The position numbers were made by a program, and so were the translations under genes. A stretch of DNA of 64,000 bases from the human T2T-CHM13v2.0 reference genome, Homo sapiens. The notes beneath the pieces are model-generated. The model ran no database searches. It was given only the letters and a program-made list of their open reading frames with translations, and was not told the origin of the DNA. The stretch is taken from NCBI RefSeq assembly GCF_009914755.1, contig NC_060934.1; one strand, 5' to 3'. This document shows, piece after piece, positions 44,345-58,668 of this stretch (the stretch's first letter is position 1; the number at the start of each line of letters is the position of its first letter).

Positions 44345-44550
44345 AGGTTTAAAGCCATGGGCTCAGGAGTCAAACATCTGGATAGAAGTTCTAACTCTGC
44401 CATTGCCTTGAGCAACTTACTTGACTTCACAGTGCCTCAATCACTTCGTATATGAAATGGAGATGAAGGGCTCATGGAGTTGTCATGAGAATCAGAGGAT
44501 GAGCTAGTGACGTGTTTAGAATAGTGACTGGAACTTAGCAGGAGTCAGTG
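44345..44550 (+). mobile_element. MIR
   Basis: GGTTTAAAGCCATGGGCTCAGGAGTCAAACA...CCTTGAGCAACTTACTTGACTTC. Confidence 0.6.
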
Positions 44551-46269
44551 AAACTCTTTGTACCTCTTCGCTTGAGTCCCTGGGTTTTTAAAAAGTTGCA
44601 AACAGTCCATTTTTTAAATGAATTGCATAGTAAGGTAAGTCAGATACTGGTGGGGCTGAGTACATAGCAATATTTATGACAAGTATGAATTTTAATAAAA
44701 ATATATGCAGTTCATTAGATACATCATAGAATTCTAAAATCTATCAGGAGTATTTTATGGCAACTTCAGAGAAATGGTATGTTTCTCTTTCGTGGTCTTT
44801 CCAAACAAAGAGGAAATCAAAATTGCTGCTGGGAAATATTTTATCCTGTTATCATCCTAGATTTGTTCATGAAATGTTACACTATGAATAGCCTTTCTTG
44901 TCTTTTGCCACCAAAAAGCTACCATTTTCTTTCTTATATACATGTTGCATTTTCTTAGATCTACAATGAATGAAATGAACTGGTCAAATGGATTCTCTGA
45001 GAGTGTGGAAAATTTAAGACATGAATATGCCTCGCCTTTTCCCCTCTCCTTTCTCACTTCCTCCACTCCCTGTAATAAAGAGAATTTTACTTTTCTCTAC
45101 TCAGTGCTTCTCCTTCCATCCCCATGTAATAATGTTCTATCATTGCCCCCGACTCTGGAGCATGAAATCTGAAGTTTGGGCGCGAAGACAATTGGCTGAA
45201 GATACAAAATAAAAGGAATCAGGTTTTTGTTTCCTGGCTCTTCTTGTTTAGAATCTGAATGATGGGTACAATAGGGCAAATGTAAAGAAAATTTTTAAAA
45301 GCCCAGAAACTAAGCAAATTTACATCATACGAAGCTGAGGGATATAGGTTGAGGAAGAGAGAGTCAGGAACTCTGTACGTGGGAGAGTCCATTTTTGATG
45401 TTTTTGTTTGTGCTAGAAAGCATAGGTCCTCAAATGGCTTTGGTTATGAGAGAATCAGGGAGGAAAGGAAAAAGGATGTTTGAGAAGTGTTGCTGTGTGG
45501 ATTATAGGATCCTGTGTTACATTCTTTGAGCTACGCAATTAAAAATTGGCATTTGATTTTCAAGTTTTTGTTGCTACATTGTATTCCTTTAAGTATGACT
45601 GGGCTATCAGAGAACTGGGATTTATTAGGGTTACACAATCTTGTTCTCACAATCTTGAATGTAGCAAGTGTAGTCTACCTCAATAACACAAAATATGTTT
45701 TAAATTTATCATTGAGGTTTAGTGTGCATTCCATGATTATTAGTAATTTCAAAAGTATGACTTTTTCCCTAATTTCATTGCTTTTAGTTATCTTATTTAC
45801 TTCTCCTGCTATCTGCGTCTAGGTGGTAAATAAACAAATGTTGCCATTCTCATTACTGAGAAAAAAAAATGATTGATTGTTGGTCTGAAAAACAAAACAA
45901 AAACCAAAAAAAATCCCGTACATCAAAAGACAACCCAGACACTTTGGTGAGAAATAAAGGAAAATTAGAGAAAGGTTTTCAGTTCTGTAGAAGCTGGAAT
46001 GAAATAGAGTGTGCATTTTGGTGGCTAAAGAAGTGGAGTTCAGTGGAAGCTGCAAGCAGCCAGATAGAGATTTTGTTCAGGACCCTAAGGAGAGAAATGA
46101 GGACTGGACCAAGAAATAGAAGTACACTGGCACTGACATGAAAACAAAGGTTTATCACAGATCGGATTACTGAAGACTGAACTTCAGAAATGCATGGAAA
46201 TGTTCAGGAATGAGAGAACACGGGAACGTGTATGTATTACATTGGGTTTCATTTTCTGTTTCTGTCCTT

Positions 46270-46990
46270 GCACTTACCTACTTGAATTCCCCAATATCTA
46301 ATAGATTCATTCATTTTCCTTATCTCCCATCTTCAGCTCCTTAGCATGAGAGCATCATCTTTTGCTTGGGTAAAAGTACTTCCTAGCTGATCTCCCTGGC
46401 TTCTCTCTAGCCGTCTTCCAATCTGTCTTCAACTGTCCTGCCAAAGTGGATTTTAAATGGCACAAATCTGATCATGCCTCTTGTGGGAAAGAAATCCCAC
46501 TGCTCTTAGTAGAAAGAGAAAAGATCCCCAGCGTGGCCCTCATGATCTTGCCTGATAATCACCTGCCTCTCTAACCTCATCTTCTCCTCCCTCTCTTACT
46601 TTATTCTCCAACTGCTTAAGCTGGGCCTTCTCCCTTCTACCACGTAGAGCTTCCCTCTCCCTGCCTTTAGTGAACTCCTTCCCACCCTTGAGCCTCAGCT
46701 CAGGTAGCAGTGCCCCAGAGACACCTTTTCTGACCCTTCTAATTCTCGAAGATGTCAACCCCCTCTACATTCTCATAGTATTCTGTACATTCATGCAAAG
46801 ATCTTATTAGCTTGTAATTCTATGCTTATGTGATTATTTGATTCAAATTGCCTTGCCCCCTGGACTTTAAGCTCCTTGAAGGCAAGGACATTGGTTGTTT
46901 TACTTGTCGTTTTCCTACTGGTGCCCAGCAGAGACACGCACTTGATGAGCAGCACTCAGTTGATATTGTTGACTGAATGGATGGATAGAG
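46270..46990 (+). mobile_element. L2 3' fragment
   Basis: GACTTTAAGCTCCTTGAAGGCAAGGAC...GCACTCAGTTGATATTGTTGACTGAATGGATG. Confidence 0.7.
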
Positions 46991-47992
46991 ACAGTTGGTC
47001 CTTTTTTTGTTTTTACTGAAATTAGCAAGAGTTTTTGGTCAACTTAAGCACCCTAGGCTCTTCATAGTTGCAGACGTACTGTGAAGGGAGAGTCTAATGA
47101 GTATTTAAGCAGGTGTCTGTCAGAAGACGGACCCTTCTTTCCTAAAATCGCAGCCACAGAAAAGCCAGAAGCACTTAAGCAGAGTCAATTCTGACAAAAA
47201 ACCTTCAGTTCTGCTACAGAAGGCTTCTTTAGGTCTTTCATTTCTTATTATGAAAGAGTTCTCTTCTTGAAGGAAGCACTTCATCTGATGTTTAACTCTG
47301 ACTGTGTTCTTGCCACTCCTAACTAATAGTAACATAGAAAGTGAATAGTAAAGAAACATTAATCCTCATACTTTCAAAAGACTGGCCAGGAATAAATCCC
47401 TTGGATTTAAAAACATATATCTTCCATCGATATTATCTACATTTACCTTTGATTACTTTTAATTTGTTGATTTTTGTCATTGAGCCTCTTCTTAACGCTT
47501 TTCAATATTTTGCTTTTAAGATATCTCGTATTATAACAAAATAGCTAATTTAGCAATTCATTAGGTTTGTAATTTAGCTACATGAGCCAAGCAGCTAGTT
47601 TTTGTTGACTTTATTTGATTATTTAGTAAATGAACAGTTATCACAGACAAGTATACAAGCTCAAAAGCTTTCAATTTCTTGCTGAAGTTGAACTATTGAC
47701 CAGGTTATTTTTAGACTCAACAGTCTGGAATTTTTTTTCTACTTCTTAATAAAACAACAGATATTTTCACATTTAAAAGTTTCAGTAATTCTGCATGTAC
47801 TGCCAGTTCAATTCTAAACTCTTTGCTGTGTCTAAACTCTTTTGCTGGGACCCAGGTAGTCCCAGCCTGAGTTCCTGATTCTCGTCTCCATTCTTGCCTT
47901 TTCTTTTTTCCCTCTTCCACTCCCCCGCCTCCTCCACAGGCTTGGATCTGTGAATTCATCATTCATTCCAGAAACACTTTGAGGTGCTTTTA

Positions 47993-48323
<331 letters not shown>

Positions 48324-48349
48324 AGTACAAGTTTAGCATCTATAATTGG

Positions 48350-48722
48350 AATCAGAGCAAAAGTGCCAATATAGGAGTTAATGTCTCTTTCTTGGTGTAG
48401 TCCAAACGTAAACACTATTGGGCCAATATGGCAGCTCCCCTGTCCTAGGGACTTGGGTCTGTCTTGTCGCTCTCTTCTCCTGAATGTGCAGCTTTCTTCT
48501 CATTATAAATGGCTGTCCCAGCTCTCAGCAGTGACACATGACTTGGGTATTGGCACATACCATTTCTACATCTGCCCATTGACCAGAATCTAGTCCCGTG
48601 GCCATCCAAGTTGCAGGAGAAGCTGGGACATTCATCTTAGCCCAGCAGCCGATGTCTGTCTCTATTACTGTAAATGAAGTAAAGAATGGATCAGGAGGGG
48701 ACAACTATGAATCTTTGTGATA
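48350..48722 (-). mobile_element. MLT1J/K-like MaLR LTR
   Basis: CATTGACCAGAATCTAGTCCCGTGGCCA...TGCAGGAGAAGCTGGGA...AAGAATGGATCAGGAGGGGACAACTA. Confidence 0.6.
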
Positions 48723-48964
48723 CCTACTATGTTTCAGTCACTGTGCTAAGTGCTAGGGATATAGAGATAAGTAAAGACTGAATCTGGTGGAGAACTGAGT
48801 TTAGAATGAGGACTTGGGGTAGATCCCTGTTGTCTGAAGATACCCTTCTTCGTATACACTATAGAAACACAATTTGTTCTGTGTATATTCTGTATGTAAC
48901 CTTCTGTGCTTTTGCATCTTCTGCCCATTGCCTGGGATCCTTTCTCCCTCGCACTTTCCACTGA

Positions 48965-49460
<496 letters not shown>

Positions 49461-49792
49461 TAGCACAGCACTGAGCAAACAGAAGGTGCTCTATAAATGT
49501 TTGCCGAATCAAATTAGTTAGTGCTTGGAATCCTTTTGTGGATTCTTGAATGACAAGGTGGGTGGAATATCTAATGAATGGGGGAATCTCTCTCATATTG
49601 TGTATAAAAATATCATAGTTAATAAAATGTTAAGTGAATTCCAAATCAAATTCAGAATCATAGAGGGGATAGATCATTTCCCCAGTGTTTTCATCTTATT
49701 CTAACTTTAAGCTAAATTTTTATTCTTTATTCAGTTATTCTAGTAAAATTGTGGTGATAGAGGTGATGAAGGGGCCTTAAGAAAAAACTTGA

Positions 49793-50110
<318 letters not shown>

Positions 50111-50630
50111 ACTTGAATTTGAATTATGTGTTCTTTTATATTACTTAGTGTTCCTCTCACTGAAGTTTCTTTAAAAAATCAAATTGAAGTCCTACCTACT
50201 TGGAATATATCATGTATGGTTCAGAAAATGGTGAGGGATTTTTTTTTTTTTCCAGGATGTACTTCAAGAGCCAATTTACAGTGTAATTCAGAAATTTTGT
50301 TTTACTCTAGGTTTCTGATTTAATCACTAAAGTGTCCTTATTTTCTGTCTATAGACTATGTTATTTTCCTTTTGGACCTTCAAATCCACAAAGGTTTAAC
50401 TAGTATATGATAGGACCATAGAATTTTCACAGACTATGTAGATTATATAAGTTTCAGAGTTTAAATTATGCTATTGCTTATATTACTGATAAACAAAACA
50501 TGGAATCATTTTGGGACCCAGTTTGTCAGTTAAATAAGGAGATTAAGGCAGAATTTTTTTGTCACCTCTATCAACCTCTTAGACTATTAATAATAATATA
50601 AAAGTGTTGCTTTAAATCATAGACTTTAAA

Positions 50631-51262
<632 letters not shown>

Positions 51263-51699
51263 GCCTTGAGAAAATACTGGTAAAGTGTTGAGAATTAATT
51301 GTCTTTTATTTTTCCAGGAGCCTAAAGGATGTAGTGGTGGTTAATCTGTGACATGAAATCATTAACATACCTTCTTAGGTCTCAACAGAATATGGAATGA
51401 CTTGGGCATGGGTGCAAATTTGGATCAATATCTGTGACACACTAAAGATATTGCGTATTAGAATGGCTGATATCATACCAATGAACAGCTGAATCTCCAC
51501 ATGTCTTAATGATTCATCTTTTTAGGTGTGACATTTACATGGTCTTTAGGGAGAATATTAGGATCAGCTCAGTCCCTGAAAACTGGGTCTTTAGGGAAAG
51601 ATCTAAATAATAGCTTACAAAGAATATTGACTTGGGAGCTCTCACACTTGGAAGGCAGCCTTATGTAGTTTATTATATCTAAATCATAGGTGGTATGAG

Positions 51700-52110
51700 A
51701 TCTAATGAATTAATGAGGTCTGAGTCGGATCAAATTCGCCTTCCAGAGTTATGTTTATTTAACATGCTTTAACCCAGAAAATGAACATTTGCCAGCGAGC
51801 ACCAAACAACTGTGCGCCGCAGTGCTTGAGCGAGTCAGGTCCTGAGGCCACTCTGGCGATCCTCCTTACAATTCATGTGAAATACCTACTGCAGGACAAA
51901 GCATCTGACGGTTTGGAGGATGTTTCTGTAGTCCTAGGAATCCACAGTGAATTCGAGTCTAGACTCAGTCATTTTTCAGGGTCAGGGGAGGAGGGAGAAG
52001 TAGCAAATCAGATATGCCCAAAACGTTACAGAGGTAACAGTGAATCCAGGATGCTGCTGTCAGCCTGTGCATTGTGAAGAAGGCAATCATAGGCGAGCAG
52101 CCGCGGGAGC
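51700..52110 (+). promoter_or_regulatory. CACNB2: Internal alternative promoter of CACNB2 beta-2a
   Basis: Unique sequence with raised GC/CpG (GCGCCGC, GAGCGAG, CCGCGG) immediately upstream of an alternative first exon. Confidence 0.6.
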
Positions 52111-52616
52111 AGGAACAGCAGCGTGCTAAGAAGCAGTCACATAAACAGCAGCAGGAGTAGGCCTCCTGCTTTTCAAAAGCAGAGTACTGCAGGGTCGCGA
52201 AATGCAAGACACTCAGATGTTTGAAAATCTCCCGAGTTGAGAATGGCTACTGTAAAAGCGTCACCAAGAAACTCTGACGATCTGGACAGTCCTAACTCTG
52301 TGTTAGCAATACTTACTTCCGGAAAATTAATGCTACTTCTTGTAGATTTTTGCAAATAGGAAACCCCCTTGAAGAAGATCTCAAATTACGCCCCCCACCC
52401 CCAAAAAAAGACAAACAGGGGAGAACAAAGTTTTGGCATGCCTGCAGGAACGGTGGCTTTTTTAGAAACTACCTAGGAGGCAGAAGCTAAGTGATTTGCT
52501 CATGCCTCTTACCTGGGAGTAGAAGGTGGGAAGAAATGGACCGAGGCTGTGACGAGAAGACAAGGCACAGTGCAGCTTGGTGAAGCCACACGCTGACTGC
52601 GTTCTGCCCCCTCTTC
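52110..52616 (+). other. CACNB2: 5' UTR of the CACNB2 beta-2a alternative first exon (TSS approximate, about 52.0-52.1 kb)
   Basis: Repeat-free, locally CpG-enriched sequence contiguous with the beta-2a ATG. The TSS is inferred, not visible directly. Confidence 0.75.
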
Positions 52617-52664
52617 ATGCAGTGCTGCGGGCTGGTGCATCGCCGGCGAGTACGGGTGTCCTAT
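52617..52664 (+). CDS. CACNB2: CACNB2 beta-2a isoform-specific N-terminal coding segment (MQCCGLVHRRRVRVSY); phase-0 splice to the common downstream exon outside the window
   Basis: ATG CAG TGC TGC GGG CTG GTG CAT CGC CGG CGA GTA CGG GTG TCC TAT followed by canonical donor GTAAGT at 52665. The peptide is the known palmitoylated (Cys3/Cys4) beta-2a N-terminus. Confidence 0.97.
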
Positions 52665-55524
52665 GTAAGTTTCTATTGCTGTAGAATTGCAGCTGGGAGC
52701 TGAAAATACTATTCGTGTCTGTCTGGTGCATGTTGCCTCTTTCAGCTGTTTTTATTCCCTGTGCTGAACCAACCAGACAGTCGATCATTTCGTACCATGA
52801 GTTTTCAAGGAATCTGAGGTATAGGAGATTCTGAGATATTTATTTTTTCCCAGAGATGTTTTTATCTATCTTTTGTGCCTTGTGACTTTGATAAGGTTGG
52901 AAATAACTTGCGCGGGGATTGGTTTGAGAAGTCCATTGTCTCAGAGATCTGCCTCATTCAAACCAGTTGATACTCTCTTTTACCTAGAGTAGTCCTGTTT
53001 TCATATTTGAATGATGGGATGGTGGGGGGAAGAAATACCACGGAGTTTGACAAATTATAGATAGGCGCAGAGGCTAACACTAAATCCTATTTTGAGCAGC
53101 TTCAGAAAAATAGTAGATAATAATCACTGGATGGATGACACAGCTGTTGCAACAGCTTTATCATCCTGTGACTCTTTCACTGAAATAGCCCTTATTTCAT
53201 GGCCCTGCTGTGTTTTGCAAAATGGCTGTCTGAGTATTAAATTCTACAAGGCAGGCTCACACAAATATTGAAGTGTATCACTACTTAACATGATTGGATG
53301 CTAATTGCAATATGCTGTGCCTTACACTAGCCGACCAGCTCCGAGCAAGCGCTGGCTTGATTTTCATACTCCTTTTGCGAGCAGCTACTCTATTTTCAGG
53401 AAGGGTTGTAAAAGGGAACAGGAGGTTTATGCAGGCTGGGCAAACTGCAGTGCTGAATTGCTTAACACTGGTTTGACATTCCTGACTGCAAAACAAATAG
53501 AAAATTGACAAAGCAAGCTAATCAATACTTAAAGTATTGAAGGTAAAGAAACCCGTGACCTTGGAAAATTGGCCACAGAAAAGAGATATATGTGAGACTT
53601 ACAGGACAAACAAGGTCAAAATCTGATATGATCTCAATAATAAAGTTGGAAATGGTGACGGGGTGGGGTGGGAGGGCAGGGAGAGATAACTATACTGTCA
53701 AACCTTAAAGAGAGTATTCAATTTTATTAAATAAGTAAAAGCATGAAAAACCCCTTTTATTTAAAGGTTTTTGCAGTTGTTACATATTTGGTGCCATTTG
53801 TCTTTTGAATGCAACAGTTGACATATCAGAAATCAATGGAGGAGTCAGGTAGCCAGCCAAGATTTCTAAAGACGACATCTGCAGGGATAGATGGTTTTTA
53901 TCCAGTCAAAAAATTAATTGCTTTTTAAATAAGATTTGGGAATAAGTGTTACAAACTTTTTAGAGTATAAGATTAGCCGCCTAAAGAAAACCTTAAGTTA
54001 AAAACAAAAATAATTTTAATTTAAAAATCCATAGTTTCTAGAATAGTGAAGAGTGAGAATTTCTTAGCTTTCTGTGTTTCTGTTTATTCTTGTATAATGA
54101 ATTAGAAGAAATCCATGGTTATGTGTGCCTATTGAATACAAAAATTCTGAAATAAGGCCTCCAACAAAGCAACAAATTTTTACCCTACTTATTTTAGTTC
54201 TTCTTCTTACATTGAACATGTAAATAAATAGAAAGAAGAGACAACATAATCTGGATTTTTGAAGTCTTGATTGAAAGCTACAGAGACTTGGTTCATCTGC
54301 TCATTCTCAAATATTTTTACCCTGTATTTTGAATAAAGTACCACAAAATATAGAGCACAGATGTCTTTTAAAGATAAAAGAAATGCATACCCTTGGTCAC
54401 TAGAAATAAATTTTCATTTACTTTAGAGTGTTTTTCTCTTGGGAAGCCTTACCTCTAACCCACCTGCTGCTGTTTTAACCTCTCTTCTTTGACACTTTAT
54501 GGATTGCAGTTTTCTTTACAGATGGCCAACCCAGAGTGGAAGATAGGTTAAATCGAAACCTATTTTTTTCCTTGAAGGAAAAGAACCCACTGTGCATCTA
54601 TCTGTAACGGAGACTTTAGATTTGACCGCAAAGCAGATGAGTCTAGAGGCTGCTCATTGAATACAAAGGGCAGCCAGACCCCTATGTGGTACTAGTGGTT
54701 AGGACCTCGTCATACTGGTTGGGCTGTCCTGGTGTCCTTTCTCAAATCTGTTGTCAGTTTCCAGGAATCACAATTCTGGTAATACTGGAACTAAATGTCA
54801 ATATTTATATACATACATGTATGCATATATCTGTTAGATCTAATTACATAAATAATATATTTTAGATGTAATATAAATCAATTGATAAATATGCACCTGT
54901 GTGTGCATGTGTCTTAATCTTTCACTAGTTCTTATACCTTTTCTTTTTAGTATGACAGCTTTCTTAAGAATTCCTCCTACTCAAACATTGTCTCTCAGAA
55001 AGAATATGAAAGTTATGTGGGTTTCAAAGAAAGTTATACTCATATGCCATAGTTCTTTATTTCTAGGTTTTTACCTTTCTAAGCTGTTGCTTTTATTAGG
55101 TTGCCTCCGCTCACTTGTTTAACGTTACATTCAGATTCAAAACTTCTCTGAGCAGTGGGCTCACAGAAGTAGGCTGCAGACTGTAGTCCTGTCTTGCTCT
55201 TTAAGACTCAATGCATAAGCTTTATTCTTGACATTATTATTGATGTTCAATATCTAGTCTTCATTCTTTTGTTTACTCCTAACCATCATTCTTTTAGAAC
55301 TCAGCTTCGCAGCTCAGAAGTAATTCCTGTGTTTACCTAAACTGTCTTGCTATTTTGTTAAGGACATGAAAATCTGTGAGCTGAATAAATACTCTTAAAT
55401 TTAAAAGGATATATAAACATGGTAAGCTCTGTGTGCATTTCTGTGAAACACTTCTCAAGTATTGACATTTGCATGCTTTGGAGAGCAGAGACACTAACTC
55501 TTTTTGGTAAGCTTTTTGAAAAAA

Positions 55525-56860
55525 TGTTTTAATTTTTGTGGGTACATAATAGGTGTATATATTTATGGGGTACATAAGATGCTTGGATACAGGTATGCAA
55601 TGCATAATAATCTCATCATGGAAAATTGGGTATCCATCCCATCAAGCATTTATCCTTTGTGTTACAAACAATCCAATTATACCCTTTTAGTTATTTTAAA
55701 ATGTACTATTATCGAAGTATAACATACATGCAGAAAAGTGGGTGCAGAAATTATATAAGCATTGAGCTTGAAGAATGTTCTCAAAGCAAACATGCCTTTG
55801 TAACCAACACTCAAATCAAGAAACCAAGCATTGTGAGCAACCTTCTCCTCCCTTCCAATTCCAGCTGTCTCCCACCTCCCCCAGGGTACCCACTAAACAG
55901 ACTTCTAACATGGTGGATTGGTTTTTCCTGTTTCTGAATTTTATTCAAATGAACTCAAACAGCATGTACTCTCCTCTCATCCAGCTTGTGTTGCTCACCA
56001 TTGTATTCATGATATTAACCCACGTGGCTGCACATAGTTAAAGCTGCAATTTCTCGTGCTCACGGTTGTACAGTATTCCATTGTGTGGCTCTGTGATGAC
56101 TTAGTGATCCATGCTACTGTTGATGGGCATTTGGGTAGTTTCCAGTTTGGGGCTATCATAAATAGTGCTGTTATAAACAGTTGGGACATGCCATATTGTG
56201 AATGTTTATGTATGCATTTCTCTTGGATGCAAACCAAGGAATGAAACTGCCAAGTCATAGGGTACAGTATAAATACATTGTGCTTAAGTAGATGCTGGTC
56301 AGCAGCTTTCTGAAACATCGGGTCAATGTTCACTCCCACCTGTGTGCCTCCCCCCTACACCTAGTATTGTCATTTGCATTTTAGCGTGTCTGATGAGTAT
56401 GTCAGAGTATCCCATTATGGCTTTGCTGTGCATTTCCCTGATAACTAATGAAGTCAAGCATGTTTTCATATATTTATTGACCATTTGGCCATCTTCTTTT
56501 TTTTTTTTTTTTTTTGAGATGGAGTCTCACTCTGTTGCCCAGGCTGAAGCGTAGTGGCACAATCTCAGCTCTCTGCAACCTCCACCTCCCGCATTCAAGC
56601 CTCAGCCTCCTGACTACAAGTGCCCGCCAATTTCACGCCCAGCTAATTTTTGTATTTTTGGTAGAGACGGGGTTTCACCATATTGGCCAGGCTGGTCTTG
56701 AAATCCTGCCCTTGTGATCCGCCCACCTCAGCTTCCCAAAGGGCTGGGATTACAGGTGTGAGCCACCACACCCGGCCATTTAGCCATCTTCTTTTGTGAA
56801 GTACCTGTTCAAGTATCTTGCTTCTTTTTGTCTTAGGTTATCTGTCTTTTCAGGCATTTT
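55525..56860 (-). mobile_element. L1MA 3' end (55525-55710) adjoining an older L1M fragment, interrupted by an Alu
   Basis: TTTTTGTGGGTACATAATAGGTGTATATATTTATGGGGTACAT; GGGCATTTGGGTAGTTTCCAGTTTGGGGCTAT; TGCATTTCCCTGATAACTAATGA. Confidence 0.85.
56496..56777 (-). mobile_element. AluS with internal deletions
   Basis: Poly-T plus antisense Alu; TSD ATTT(G/A)GCCATCTTCTTT. Confidence 0.92.
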
Positions 56861-56949
56861 CCTTCAGAAAAGAACTGGCAAGGAGAAAAGCATCTGGTGA
56901 TTAGCATAACAAAATCATTAAAGACAAATGTTACTGACAGAGATATATA

Positions 56950-57170
56950 CAAATGGAATCAGACTTAGCCTGGGTTTGAATTTTGATATAATCATTTACT
57001 TACCATGTGATAGTGGGGTTCTTTTCTTTCTTTGAGTCTCAGTTTTCTCACCCATATAATCAGGATAATAGTAAAATTTCAAGTTTATTGTGAGAGTTAA
57101 GATGAAATAATGTTTGTGTGCACTTACTTCTGGCCTGATACGTAGTTGTTTTTGAAAAATGAGTAGTTAT
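56950..57170 (+). mobile_element. MIR
   Basis: TTGAGTCTCAGTTTTCTCACCCATATAATCAGGATAATAGTA. Confidence 0.6.
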
Positions 57171-57469
57171 TGTGATAGGAGATCATGAAGCAGGGGAGTT
57201 TGCTGTCTACTTGGTTGCTGCCTGTGTTAGTTGCTAACTACTAATAGTCTTGAAAAGCTTTTATTAATAAATGACTAGATACTGGAAGGTAATGTAGTCC
57301 ACATGTTAGTAATCTCTTATAAGATCCACACTTTCCATAGTGTGTGATCACCTTTGAGCTTTTAGAGCATTTAAATGTCACCAAATGATATTGCATTTGT
57401 ATATATACCGTAACTTAAGCAATTCGGTACTCTAGTTAAATTCTGATTGTTCCAACGCACATTTACATA

Positions 57470-57685
57470 GTTCTTCAAAGTTTACAAAATGCTTTTATGC
57501 CCACTATTTCATTTGACATTAAAGCAGTCACTAGGGATAGGCAAAGGAAGTGATGATGTCTTCATTTTATAGATGAGAAAATTTCAAACCAGGGAAGTAA
57601 ACTGTACTGCCAAAGGCCACAGAGTCTGAGGATGGTCAAACTGAGATTCAAGCTGAAATTGACTCTTATTCCATGTATAGTGCTT
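57470..57685 (-). mobile_element. MIR
   Basis: CATTTTATAGATGAGAAAATT...TGCCAAAGGCCACAGAG. Confidence 0.6.
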
Positions 57686-57951
57686 TGGTCATCTTGTTTG
57701 GAATGTCTTTCCAAGTTTAAATAATGGGATTATAATTAAATTTAATTAACATGAAAATGTTGTAGTGCTTTTGGGTATAAAAATCAATTATCACTGGGCT
57801 AGAGAAGTGCTGAAGTGCCTGTTCACAGAGATTTCTGGTTAGTAGAATGTAGGTAGTATAGTTTTTTTTTTTTAATTGTGGTTGTTCACTCACAATTCAT
57901 ACTTTTTACAAGTGATCAGAATTGTCCCGACAGTTAAAATAAGTGTGAGCG

Positions 57952-58263
<312 letters not shown>

Positions 58264-58313
58264 TTATATATGCCTTGGGAAATATATTTGCACAGTAAAT
58301 GATTTTTAAAGGC

Positions 58314-58388
58314 ATGTGTGTATGTATGTGTGTATATATACTATGTGTGTGTGTGTATATATGTGTGTGTGTGTGTATGTATATATAT
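58314..58388. repeat. (TG)/(TA) compound microsatellite
   Basis: Directly visible. Confidence 0.9.
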
Positions 58389-58668
58389 CTGTCTCCTTAA
58401 ATCACTCAGAGCTTTTCCAGATAATGTCTTAAGATGTCCTTTAAGGGTGATATTTGGCTTTTAAGACCTCTGTATCTTTGAATGTCAAGTTCATATATGT
58501 ATTTTCGTAAGAAATTGATAACTTCATATTTGGAACTGCATTTTTTTTTTATTAATAATAGCTTTTAATATTGGCCATGTTAAAATCCTTAATTTTTTTC
58601 AGAACTTTAAATTTGGCTTTAATTATAAACCTCACTACATAATGACATTTTATTAAAATTAAATAAGG

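Noticed and set aside
53321-53340. YTSRP in ORF 53305-53508 resembles the SYTSRPS motif of the next common CACNB2 exon
   Set aside because: Similarity covers only about 15 nt with no extension and no acceptor; a match this short to some part of that exon is plausible by chance
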